A stretch of DNA of 64,000 nucleotides. Source: Candidatus Saccharimonadales bacterium. GTDB taxonomy: Bacteria; Patescibacteriota; Saccharimonadia; Saccharimonadales; DATKHC01. Where the stretch lies: the NCBI GenBank assembly GCA_035510465.1, contig DATKHC010000021.1:2876-66875 (forward strand). Direction: 5' to 3'. Under the pieces are notes generated by a model. That model ran no database searches. It was not told the DNA's origin and saw only the letters and a program-made list of their open reading frames with translations. Both the position numbers and the translations under genes were made by a program. This document shows, one piece after another, positions 20,577 to 29,009 of the stretch; positions within the stretch are counted from its first letter, which is position 1; each line of letters starts with the position of its first letter.

Positions 20577-21137
20577 TTAGCCAGCAAGCCTTGCTTGCTT
20601 TAGAGCTTTCGCCATCCAGATTAACTCATCATAGGCTTTTTTAATTGAAGCTCTGTATTTTTCGTCTTGTAATTTTCCTTGATCATCAAACAAATTCTGG
20701 ACCCTTGGAAAATAGATGCTAAAAGATGTCACTACTAGCCCCATCTCTCTGACGGAAGGCACCAATGATTCAACTGCGCGAACACCTCCCCAACCTCCGC
20801 TAGATGCTCCCGCCAATGCGACGGGCTTATGGCTATAGTTTTCTAATTCACTATCGAGTAGACGCTTCAAGCTACCAGGAAAACTATGGTTATATTCAGG
20901 TGTAACAACAAAGAAACCATCTGCGGCCTTTGTTATTTCACTATAACGTGGGTCCTTGCCTTCTGGGTCATTACCGTCACCAGGAAGTTTAAAATCAACT
21001 GGATCAACAAACACTATTTTAATTCCGGCTATTCCCTGGCCAACTTCCGCGACTAACTTAGCAGCATGGATCGATTCACGCTTGACTCTGGTTGTGCCGG
21101 CAACCACTACAATATTTAAGAGATCTTCCATAACCAA
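20577..21137 (-). CDS. NADPH-dependent FMN reductase family protein
   Basis: Flavodoxin-like fold: IVVVAGTTRVKRES...FFVVTPEYNHSFPGSLKRLLD. Confidence 0.8.
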   Translation of the reverse strand: MVMEDLLNIVVVAGTTRVKRESIHAAKLVAEVGQGIAGIKIVFVDPVDFKLPGDGNDPEGKDPRYSEITKAADGFFVVTPEYNHSFPGSLKRLLDSELENYSHKPVALAGASSGGWGGVRAVESLVPSVREMGLVVTSFSIYFPRVQNLFDDQGKLQDEKYRASIKKAYDELIWMAKALKQARLAG

Positions 21138-21162
21138 ATATTATCACCTTTAGGTTTAGCGA

Positions 21163-22818
21163 CTAAAATTTCTCGCGTATGTGTTTTGAGCTAAATGCCC
21201 AATCAGCATCGGTTTTTTTATGAGGGTTGAATACATTATCGGGGTCAAAAATGTGTTTGGCTTGTCTGAATAGATCGAGTATTTTTTCACCGTACATTTG
21301 TCCAAGCCACGGCCCCCGGACCAAACCATCGTTATGTTCCCCAGACAAAGAACCGCCAAAGCTTAGTACAAGTGAATTCACTTCCTTCATGGCTGGCTCC
21401 AATTTAGCCCGTTCTTTTGGCTCTTCAATTTTCATAAGTGGAATAACGTGAAAATTGCCATCCCCAACATGTCCAGCAATTGTCGCCAGTAAACTATACT
21501 TGTTGATAATCGCTCGGAGCTTGGGCAAGAACTCAACCAAGTACTCTGGGGGAACGACAAGGTCATCAATAAATGCTGCTGTGTGTTTATCTTTTACTTT
21601 ACTTCTTAGTATATTAAAGCTCTCTCTTCGCATTATGCGAAACTTCCAGGCCTTCTCGGGCGTATTATCGTCTTCGGTTGCTTCAAGCTTAAAATGTTGC
21701 TTGAGATCAAACTTCATTGATAGAAGTTTCTTGTCAACTTCTGCTTGGCTATCGCCGCTAAACTCGATCAGGAGAATCATCTTCGGTATTCCTTTAAGTA
21801 AGATCAAACCATCCGGGATTAAACTGAAAGCTAGTTTGGCCAGCCCCTTCCATCCAATAGTTTTTCTGAAAAATGGCATGAATTTAATTGAAAACCAAAG
21901 TGTGTAGTTATCGAACGATTCGAAGCTATCAGGGTGATGAGTGTTAACAAGGTTAATAATCTCGCCGAGCGGATCGATTTTTTTCATAAAACAGACCAGG
22001 ACACCAGAAAATGGTTCTTTTTTAACAAGTTTGATTTTAATGTCAGTCACAAACCCAAGCGTTCCTTGGGACCCTACGAATAACTTAGTAAGGTCAAATA
22101 TCCCCTTTTCTCTATCCCAAACATCCCAAAGGTTGTAACCGGTTGAATTTTTACTAACATGGGGCTTTGCTTCTTTTATCTCATCGTAGTGTTTGTCAAC
22201 GAGTTCATACATCTTCTTGTAAATTCTTCCCTCAAAATTAGGTTGAGCGATTTTTGCATGAAGTTGGGTTTTATTGAGTGGCCCAATCTTGTACGGTTTG
22301 CCGTCAGCAAGAACAACATTTAGTTCTTCGACGAAGTTTTCTGTCTTACCGTACCTCAGGCTAAGTTCACCACCAGAGTTGTTAACAACCATGCCTCCAA
22401 TTGTGCAAAGTTCTCTCGAAGCTGGAAAACTAGGCATTAGCGCATTCTTAGTGAGGGTTGCTTTCTCAAAATCTCTATAAAAAACGCCCGGCTGAGTTTG
22501 AGCAGATGTAGAGCTAACGTTTTCAATATTTGTAAAATAACGATTAAAATCGACTATTACGGAATCGTTAATTGCTCCACCGGACATATCCGTTCCTGCG
22601 CTTCTGGCGGTTAGAGATACTGACTTACCGGCAGAACGGCAGGCCTGGGCTGCCTCAACTATTAGCTGAACGTCTTTTGAATTTTTCGGATAAACTACTA
22701 CTTCAGGTTTGAGTTCGAATAAAGAGGCATCGTGACTATACTTGTCGCGAGTTTCTTGGCTATCGTCGGTTTCTCCTTCAAAGCCTTTTTGTTTTAGAGT
22801 AGCTAAAAATAGCTCCAT
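21163..22818 (-). CDS. FAD-linked oxidase (GlcD / D-lactate dehydrogenase-like)
   Basis: 551 aa. FAD_binding_4-type N-terminus (VVYPKNSKDVQLIV...ARSAGTDMSGG) and a C-terminal GHVGDGNFH...GGSLSGEHNDG motif. Confidence 0.85.
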   Translation of the reverse strand: MELFLATLKQKGFEGETDDSQETRDKYSHDASLFELKPEVVVYPKNSKDVQLIVEAAQACRSAGKSVSLTARSAGTDMSGGAINDSVIVDFNRYFTNIENVSSTSAQTQPGVFYRDFEKATLTKNALMPSFPASRELCTIGGMVVNNSGGELSLRYGKTENFVEELNVVLADGKPYKIGPLNKTQLHAKIAQPNFEGRIYKKMYELVDKHYDEIKEAKPHVSKNSTGYNLWDVWDREKGIFDLTKLFVGSQGTLGFVTDIKIKLVKKEPFSGVLVCFMKKIDPLGEIINLVNTHHPDSFESFDNYTLWFSIKFMPFFRKTIGWKGLAKLAFSLIPDGLILLKGIPKMILLIEFSGDSQAEVDKKLLSMKFDLKQHFKLEATEDDNTPEKAWKFRIMRRESFNILRSKVKDKHTAAFIDDLVVPPEYLVEFLPKLRAIINKYSLLATIAGHVGDGNFHVIPLMKIEEPKERAKLEPAMKEVNSLVLSFGGSLSGEHNDGLVRGPWLGQMYGEKILDLFRQAKHIFDPDNVFNPHKKTDADWAFSSKHIREKF

Positions 22819-22873
22819 ACAAACATAAGCTTACTAGCTTAGATATTGAGGTGCAAGCTTAGCGCCGCAACAG

Positions 22874-24109
22874 TTGATATGTTACCATGAGCGTAATGTA
22901 AACATTTTAACCAGGTATTTAACTAAGTTGGCCAGTCATAATATAGTCATTGTTGGGGGTGGTTTCGCAGGCGTAAAGGCAGCTCTGGAACTCGCCAAGG
23001 ATCACAGATTTTCGGTTAGTCTGATATCTGACCACCCAGATTTTAGATATTATCCAACTCTTTATCACACAGCCACTGGCGGCAAAAAAGCTATTTCTTC
23101 AATCCCGCTAAAGCAAGTCTTTGAACGTCTCCCGATCCATATTGAGATTGACAGCGTTGATGACATTGACAGGCATCAACAACTTGTTAAAACGGCTGGC
23201 GGGAAGAGCTTTCATTATGACGGGCTCATTTTAGCCTTAGGCGTTAAAACGAATTATTTCAATATAGCGGGCCTCCAGGAGCACGCTTTTGGTATCAAAA
23301 CCACCGAGGATGCGGTAGCCTTAAAAAACCATTTACATAAACAACTGGTTGACGATAACCACGTGGACTTTAATTATATAGTTATCGGTGGTGGCCCGAC
23401 TGGTGTCGAGCTAGCTGGATCCATGGTCGGATACGTTAACAAAATCGCAGAAGGTCACAATCTATCAAACAAAAAAGTTCATATTGACTTGGTTGAGGCA
23501 TCGCCCAGGCTACTACCAAGGGCGCCAAAAAAAACGTCGAAGAAAGTAGCCAAGCATCTGCATAAGCTTGGTATAAGACTCTTTCTAAAAACGACCGTCC
23601 AAGCACAAACCGCCGATCAATTAACAATTAATGGTAAAGCCCTATTCAGCCATACTGTTATCTGGACTGCTGGAGTAGCTAATCCGCCCTTCTTCACAAA
23701 AAATAATTTTCAGTTATCTGGTAATGGTAGAGTCAGGGTCAATCAATTCCTTCAAAGCGAACCTGGAATCTACGTACTTGGAGACAATGCAGACACTCCT
23801 TACGCAGGGCTTGCTCAAACTGCGGTGCTAGATGGAAAGTTTGTAGCAGAAAATTTAAAACGTTTGGCGGCCGGCGAAGACCCAAAACCGTATATTGCCA
23901 AAAGGCCTATTTACGTATTCCCTGCTGGACCAAAATGGGCAGCTGTAATTTGGGGGCAGCTTCAATTTTATGGCAGAGTAGGTTCTTGGCTAAGGAAGAT
24001 CGCCGATCTGGTTGGTTATCATGACTATGAACCTTGGAAATATGCGACTGAGCTTTTGATGTCAGAAAGCGAAACTGAAGAGTCGTGCCCAATCTGTTCC
24101 AAAGACTAA
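22874..24109 (+). CDS. ndh: Type II NADH:quinone oxidoreductase (NDH-2)
   Basis: Two Rossmann motifs, IVIVGGGFAGV and YIVIGGGPTGVELAG, plus GDNA near the C-terminus. The true start may be the TTG at 22928. Confidence 0.85.
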   Translation: MICYHERNVNILTRYLTKLASHNIVIVGGGFAGVKAALELAKDHRFSVSLISDHPDFRYYPTLYHTATGGKKAISSIPLKQVFERLPIHIEIDSVDDIDRHQQLVKTAGGKSFHYDGLILALGVKTNYFNIAGLQEHAFGIKTTEDAVALKNHLHKQLVDDNHVDFNYIVIGGGPTGVELAGSMVGYVNKIAEGHNLSNKKVHIDLVEASPRLLPRAPKKTSKKVAKHLHKLGIRLFLKTTVQAQTADQLTINGKALFSHTVIWTAGVANPPFFTKNNFQLSGNGRVRVNQFLQSEPGIYVLGDNADTPYAGLAQTAVLDGKFVAENLKRLAAGEDPKPYIAKRPIYVFPAGPKWAAVIWGQLQFYGRVGSWLRKIADLVGYHDYEPWKYATELLMSESETEESCPICSKD

Positions 24110-24399
24110 GACTTTGGCCTCGGCCATATTACAACCCCAAGAATCGCGTTCACATCAACCCAACCAAGGCTACGACTATCAGTACTTTCGTTTGGGTTAT
24201 CTCCAAGTAGGTATACTTTCTTATCTTTAATTTCGCTAACGCGTTTAATAATTTCACGGGATTTAACGTTTGCTATTACTAACATCCCCTTATCGATACT
24301 AGCAAATTTCTGAGTAGCTATAACTAACCTCCCGGTTCTTAGAGTAGGCTCCATACTCCTGCCCTCAACCCTCCGAACTATTATCGGAAGCTTAACCAT
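24106..24399 (-). CDS. sodX: Ni-SOD maturation protease (S26 signal-peptidase-like)
   Basis: 97 aa with GRSMEPTL (catalytic Ser) and GDNPNESTDSR motifs. Lies immediately downstream of sodN. Confidence 0.8.
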   Translation of the reverse strand: MVKLPIIVRRVEGRSMEPTLRTGRLVIATQKFASIDKGMLVIANVKSREIIKRVSEIKDKKVYLLGDNPNESTDSRSLGWVDVNAILGVVIWPRPKS

Positions 24400-24413
24400 C
24401 GTTCAAAGTTTTC

Positions 24414-24809
24414 TCAAGCTTTCTTGGTTTCCCAAAAAATTTTAGAGATTTGCTCGATTTGTTCCAGTAATTTTTCACCTACTTGTGGATCCACACTCCT
24501 TTTGGTGTCTGAAGCAGCTTTCGTAGCATGCCAAAACAAATCGTGTAGATTGGGATATTTCTCAAGATGTTCCGGTTTAAAGTAATCGCTCCAGAGAACC
24601 CAAAGATGATGTTTAACTAGTTCAGCCCGCTCCTCTTTGATGAAAATTGCTCTAGTTTTATCTTGTTCGCTCAGGCCATCATATTTTTTCATTATGCCGA
24701 CTACCGACTCTGCCTCAATCTTAGCCTGGGCTGGATCGTATACACCGCAAGGCAAGTCGCAGTGAGCATAGACCGGTTTAATAAACTCGTTTAATATTCT
24801 TAGTTTCAT
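24414..24809 (-). CDS. sodN: Nickel superoxide dismutase precursor
   Basis: Ni-hook HCDLPCGVYDP after a 15-aa propeptide. The rest (AELVKHHLWVLWSDYFKP...IFWETKKA) closely follows Streptomyces SodN as I remember it. Confidence 0.95.
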   Translation of the reverse strand: MKLRILNEFIKPVYAHCDLPCGVYDPAQAKIEAESVVGIMKKYDGLSEQDKTRAIFIKEERAELVKHHLWVLWSDYFKPEHLEKYPNLHDLFWHATKAASDTKRSVDPQVGEKLLEQIEQISKIFWETKKA

Positions 24810-24856
24810 TAACTTTTTGCCCCCTTCTAATATTTTATGGTAGCCCAGTGAGCTGG

Positions 24857-25504
24857 CTATTGCAATTTTGTGTGTTTTTTTCTCCAGGACTCAATCTCTG
24901 CGTGATTACCGCTCAATAGAACCTCCGGTACACTAAGACCATTGAAATTCTCCGGACGCGTGTACTGCGGGTACTCAATTAATTTGTCATCATTGAAAGA
25001 CTCCATAAGAAGCGAATTCTCTCCGCCCAACACTCCGGGGATCAGCCTAACCACACTGTCAATAACAATCATGGCTGGCAGTTCCCCGCCAGTAAGTACG
25101 TAATTGCCGATGCAGACTTGTCTATCAGCTAGCTCAGTAATTCGCTCGTCATAACCCTCATAACGTGGACAGATAATAATCAGCCCCCTGCCCTCTGCAG
25201 CTAATGATTTTGCAGTAGACTGTTTATACTTCTCGCCTCGTGGCGTGGGTAAGATTACTTGAGCATCTTTGTCGGCGTTTTTAGCAAACTCAACTGCTGC
25301 GTACATTGGTTCGGGACGAAGCAGCATACCATCACCTCCTCCGTAGAGTAAACCATCAACTGTCCTCCTTTTACCAATACCGAAATCCCTAAGATTGATT
25401 AACTTGAATTCAACAAGTTGCTGATCTTGGGCTTTTTTTATCATGCTCGTGCCGATTAAACCTTCGAACATGTCCGGGAATAGACTGATTATTTGAATCT
25501 TCAT
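24857..25504 (-). CDS. trmD: tRNA (guanine37-N1)-methyltransferase
   Basis: 215 aa with the IQIISLFPDMF...YGGGDGMLL...CPRYEGYDERI...IGNYVLTGGELPA motifs. Confidence 0.95.
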   Translation of the reverse strand: MKIQIISLFPDMFEGLIGTSMIKKAQDQQLVEFKLINLRDFGIGKRRTVDGLLYGGGDGMLLRPEPMYAAVEFAKNADKDAQVILPTPRGEKYKQSTAKSLAAEGRGLIIICPRYEGYDERITELADRQVCIGNYVLTGGELPAMIVIDSVVRLIPGVLGGENSLLMESFNDDKLIEYPQYTRPENFNGLSVPEVLLSGNHAEIESWRKKHTKLQ

Positions 25505-25524
25505 AATTTATAAGTCCTTAAAAC

Positions 25525-25556
25525 ACAATGACCCGAAATTTCAATCGGGTCATTGT
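25525..25556 (-). terminator. 12-bp perfect hairpin between the KH-protein gene and trmD (possible attenuator/terminator)
   Basis: ACAATGACCCGA-aatttcaa-TCGGGTCATTGT. On the minus strand it is followed only by a weak U tract (GTGTTTTAAGG). Confidence 0.3.
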
Positions 25557-25665
25557 TACACATAAAGCTCCCACTCGTTTTTAACGAAATGGCTCGCAGT
25601 GAGCTTCTCATTAACTGATTTAATTCTCTTAAATATACGAGTCCTTGTGAAAAAACTAGCATGTA

Positions 25666-26232
25666 CTATACATCAAGATCGTCAAGGTCTGCAAGCTCTT
25701 TTCTAGCCTTTGCAATCCTGTCGCTATGGGCGTCTTCCTCTTCAGTTGAAGAAGCTTCCGGGCTGGCTTCTTCAGCCTCTTCCTTAGGTGTGCTTACTTC
25801 CGCTTCAGGTTCCGCGACCTCATTTTCGGGTGCGCTATCTTTTGTTGGTTCTGGCGATTCAGTCTGCTCAGTTGGTTCTTCGCTGGCGTAGTCATCAGAA
25901 GAGCCCGAGCTGACACCGTTGGAGTCGTCCGTGCTGGAGCTTGTTGGGGCGCTACTGTTTCGGCTACCGCCTTGGTAATCGCTACCTGTGTCAACAATTT
26001 TCAGGTTATATCGGGCTTCCTGCTTAGTGCCAAGTGCTCTAAGCAAAGTTCTAAGACTCTGAGCAGTAGCTCCTCGCTTACCAATAACTCTGCCTAAATC
26101 CTCAGGATCTACAGTGAGTTCAAGCAAAACCCCCTTCTCGTCGATTCTACGCTCAACTTTAACTTCGTCGGGTTTGCTGACTAAGGACTTTACTATATAT
26201 TCAATGAATTGCTGGTCAATAGTGATACTCAT
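25666..26232 (-). CDS. KH-domain RNA-binding protein (YlqC-like) with a long acidic C-terminal tail
   Basis: The N-terminal ~80 aa contain VIGKRGATAQSLRTLL (GxxG KH motif). The C-terminal ~100 aa are S/E/D-rich low complexity. Confidence 0.8.
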   Translation of the reverse strand: MSITIDQQFIEYIVKSLVSKPDEVKVERRIDEKGVLLELTVDPEDLGRVIGKRGATAQSLRTLLRALGTKQEARYNLKIVDTGSDYQGGSRNSSAPTSSSTDDSNGVSSGSSDDYASEEPTEQTESPEPTKDSAPENEVAEPEAEVSTPKEEAEEASPEASSTEEEDAHSDRIAKARKELADLDDLDV

Positions 26233-26314
26233 ATTAATGGCCTCTCTATAATTAGGGTAATTTGATACTTATATATTGTAGCGGAGTTTAAAGATTGTTA
26301 CAAAATAAGCCGGG

Positions 26315-26896
26315 CTATTTTTCAGCTGACTCTGCAGGTTTTGCTTCTTCGGCTGGATCTTCTGTTGTCTCACCAGCCTCTGCTTCGGCTGATTCCTCAA
26401 CTTTTTCCTCGGCCTTTTCAGGCTCGCTTGGCTCATCAACTTTGTTCTCAGCTTCCTCGGTTGATTCTTCAACTTCACTGGTAGCTTCTGAGCTTTCCTC
26501 TTTAGGAGCTTCAGAAACTTCGGCCACTTCTTCGTTTGTTTCTTCTGTCTTAGGCTCTGGCTTTTCGGCTACAACTGCCTCGGCTGGTCGATTTTTACGT
26601 AGTTTATCTACATTTTTGATCGATCGTTTCTTTGGCTCTGGGATGACCACCCACTTCGGAAGTTTAACTCCTTCGTTTTTAAGTAAAACAGCAGTTCTGG
26701 TTGAAGGTTGGGCACCGTTTTTCAAATAGAACTCAGCCTTTTCCTTATCAATATTGCCAACTTTGCTGTGAGGATCATAAGATCCCAAAAAAGCCACGAC
26801 CTTACCGCTCGTAGGCGTGCGACGAGAATCTTGTACGATCATTCGAAACTGAGCATGCCCGCTTCGGCCTGTTCGCTGCAATCTTATAGCTAACAT
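26315..26896 (-). CDS. rpsP: 30S ribosomal protein S16 with an acidic C-terminal extension
   Basis: MLAIRLQRTGRSGHAQFRMIVQDSR is the S16 N-terminus. About 110 aa of E/K/A-rich tail follow. Confidence 0.9.
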   Translation of the reverse strand: MLAIRLQRTGRSGHAQFRMIVQDSRRTPTSGKVVAFLGSYDPHSKVGNIDKEKAEFYLKNGAQPSTRTAVLLKNEGVKLPKWVVIPEPKKRSIKNVDKLRKNRPAEAVVAEKPEPKTEETNEEVAEVSEAPKEESSEATSEVEESTEEAENKVDEPSEPEKAEEKVEESAEAEAGETTEDPAEEAKPAESAEK

Positions 26897-26988
26897 TTCG
26901 TGTAATTCATAAATTATTTACTAAAACTGTTTCAATGTAATGTAGACCAGGTTATTCTACAGGTGTGTCTATCTGTTGTCAAAGCTAT

Positions 26989-27732
26989 TTAAGAAGACGC
27001 TTTGGTACCAATAGACGAATTTTTAATCTCTAATTCCTTTTCGTAAGTATCAAGAGCGGCTTGTGCGGCTTCAATTTGTCCAGCTTGCTTACTGGGACCA
27101 CTACCCTGGCCTTTTAATTTACCGCCAACAAAAGCACCAATCGTGAAGGCTTTTTCGTGATCTGGGCCTTCTTCACTTAGAACTCTGTAAATGGGTGTCA
27201 TACCATCGACGCTTTGGACAAGTTCTTGGAGGTGAGATTTTGGATCCATCCACGAACCGCTTGCCAAAATTTCATCAAACGTAATAATCAGACTCTTTTC
27301 TACGAATTTCTTTGTTGCCTCATAGCCCTGATCAAGATAAATAGCGCCTAAAACCGCTTCATAACAATTGGCAAGAATCTGTGAACGAGCCCGCGCTGTT
27401 CCTTGTTTCTCGCCCTTACTGAGTCGAAGTAGCGGTTCAAAGCCAAAGTTTGACGCAGCCGCACTTATACTCTCGGTTCTCACTAGGGCACTTCTCCAGT
27501 TAGTTAGTACGCCCTCTTGTTCGTCAAAATTATTGTAGAGATACTCCGTTACAATCAACTCAAGCACCGCGTCGCCTAAAAACTCTAATCGTTCGTTATG
27601 AGATTTGACTGATTTCCGATGTTCGTTCAAATAAGAACGGTGAGTAAAGGCTGTGGCTAGGAGATCAATGTTCTTGAATGTGGTCCCCAGAACGTTCTGG
27701 GCAAATTTTAAATAAGCTTGTCTATTGTACAT
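26989..27732 (-). CDS. rnc: Ribonuclease III
   Basis: ERLEFLGDAVLELIV signature plus a C-terminal dsRBD. Confidence 0.95.
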   Translation of the reverse strand: MYNRQAYLKFAQNVLGTTFKNIDLLATAFTHRSYLNEHRKSVKSHNERLEFLGDAVLELIVTEYLYNNFDEQEGVLTNWRSALVRTESISAAASNFGFEPLLRLSKGEKQGTARARSQILANCYEAVLGAIYLDQGYEATKKFVEKSLIITFDEILASGSWMDPKSHLQELVQSVDGMTPIYRVLSEEGPDHEKAFTIGAFVGGKLKGQGSGPSKQAGQIEAAQAALDTYEKELEIKNSSIGTKASS

Positions 27733-28210
27733 TTCGAATCTTTCTCATTGCAAGTAGCATTAGTTTTCCGATGTCATCGTACTCGATTTTATCAAGTGCT
27801 TCGCTAGTGGGTAGCCACCTGGCATCATTCATCCAATCTTCAGGCTTAAGTTTATCAGTGTCGCCTTTTGCCTCAACTAAAAAAATCTCAGTTGTCATTA
27901 AGATTAAGCTGGAAGCCCTGCGGTAGCGAAAATGTATCTTGCCCAGCCAATTCATTACCCGCATCTCTTTTAATCCTGTTTCTTCTCGGATTTCACGCTC
28001 GGTTGTTTCTTTAGGGGTTTCTCCGGGTTCTATGTGACCTTTGGGTATTGTCCAGCGGTCTTTGGCGTCTTGGACTAGCAGAAACTCAACCCTACCATTA
28101 TTACGTCGAAAAATTATTCCACCCGCAGTTGGCTCCCTCACAACTTCGTTGATAGCCGGCTTTCTACTGACTAGGCGTTTTACCCTTTTGATCGGTTTTG
28201 GTCTCTTCAT
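27722..28210 (-). CDS. NUDIX hydrolase
   Basis: Nudix box [22 protein letters not shown]. Confidence 0.85.
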   Translation of the reverse strand: MKRPKPIKRVKRLVSRKPAINEVVREPTAGGIIFRRNNGRVEFLLVQDAKDRWTIPKGHIEPGETPKETTEREIREETGLKEMRVMNWLGKIHFRYRRASSLILMTTEIFLVEAKGDTDKLKPEDWMNDARWLPTSEALDKIEYDDIGKLMLLAMRKIRNVQ

Positions 28211-28707
28211 TTGGCTGCTTTCTTGGTTGTTGACTTACCTTTCGAAGCTTTCGGTTCGGCCGGTTTATTTTTTATGATTTCTGCTTCGTGCTCGCGGTAG
28301 AGCGTGCCAAGCACACCGTTAATAAATTTGCTTGAATTATCTCCGCCAAATGCTTTGGCGAGTTCGACTGCTTCGTTGATAACAACTCTTGGTGGTACAT
28401 TCTTGTCATTAAGTAGCTCCCAGGATGCAATTCTTAGGATAATTCGGTCAATTCGTGCGATTTGCTCAATCGGCCAATCGGGTGCGACCGGCTGGAGCAG
28501 GGCATCTAATTTCTCCTGTTCTTTACTAACGCCGTTTACCAGTTTACGAATAAATTCTCGGTCATCGACCATATTCGAATACCGATCAATGTTACGAGAC
28601 ATAACTTGAGATAGGCTGAAGCTTTTATCGTTGCACTCCATCCGGAATTCCTGCTCGTAAAGAGTTTGTAGAGCTATGATCCGACCTAAATGTCTATTAG
28701 ATGCCAT
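28207..28707 (-). CDS. nusB: Transcription antitermination factor NusB
   Basis: [13 protein letters not shown]...[24 protein letters not shown] pattern. Basic C-terminal tail. Confidence 0.9.
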   Translation of the reverse strand: MASNRHLGRIIALQTLYEQEFRMECNDKSFSLSQVMSRNIDRYSNMVDDREFIRKLVNGVSKEQEKLDALLQPVAPDWPIEQIARIDRIILRIASWELLNDKNVPPRVVINEAVELAKAFGGDNSSKFINGVLGTLYREHEAEIIKNKPAEPKASKGKSTTKKAAK

Positions 28708-28753
28708 ATTGTTAAACCTTCTTGGCAGTAACTATTCTGCCGTGAGATAGCGA

Positions 28754-28900
28754 CTATTCGCTTTTCTTACCAGTTTCGCGGCGGGTAGTATGGACCTTTA
28801 CAGGCGACTTCGCATTTACGCGGCGGGCCAGTTTGAGCACCAAATGGCTACGTCTTGTTCCCGTGCGGCGTGGCGATGTACGTTTCTTAGGTTTACCCAT
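28754..28900 (-). CDS. rpmF: 50S ribosomal protein L32
   Basis: Own translation of a 48-aa ORF below the track cutoff: MGKPKKRTSPRRTGTRRSHLVLKLARRVNAKSPVKVHTTRRETGKKSE. It matches the L32 N-terminal PK[KR]RTSxxRxxxRRSH motif. Confidence 0.7.
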   Translation of the reverse strand: MGKPKKRTSPRRTGTRRSHLVLKLARRVNAKSPVKVHTTRRETGKKSE

Positions 28901-29009
28901 GCTATTAAAAAGTTTTTAACTCCTATTTATTTATAAAATTGGCTAATGCCTCATTAATAAGGTTAGCTTATTTTTAAGCTTAACTCAAGCCGTTTATCCC
29001 TGTTCAGGG

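Noticed and set aside
25661-26729. Long plus-strand ORFs (25661..25891, 26295..26729, 26269..26478 and others) with S/A/L-rich low-complexity translations.
   Set aside because: They are the antisense reading of the GAA/GAG-rich acidic tails of rpsP and the KH protein. The minus-strand genes have clear family motifs.
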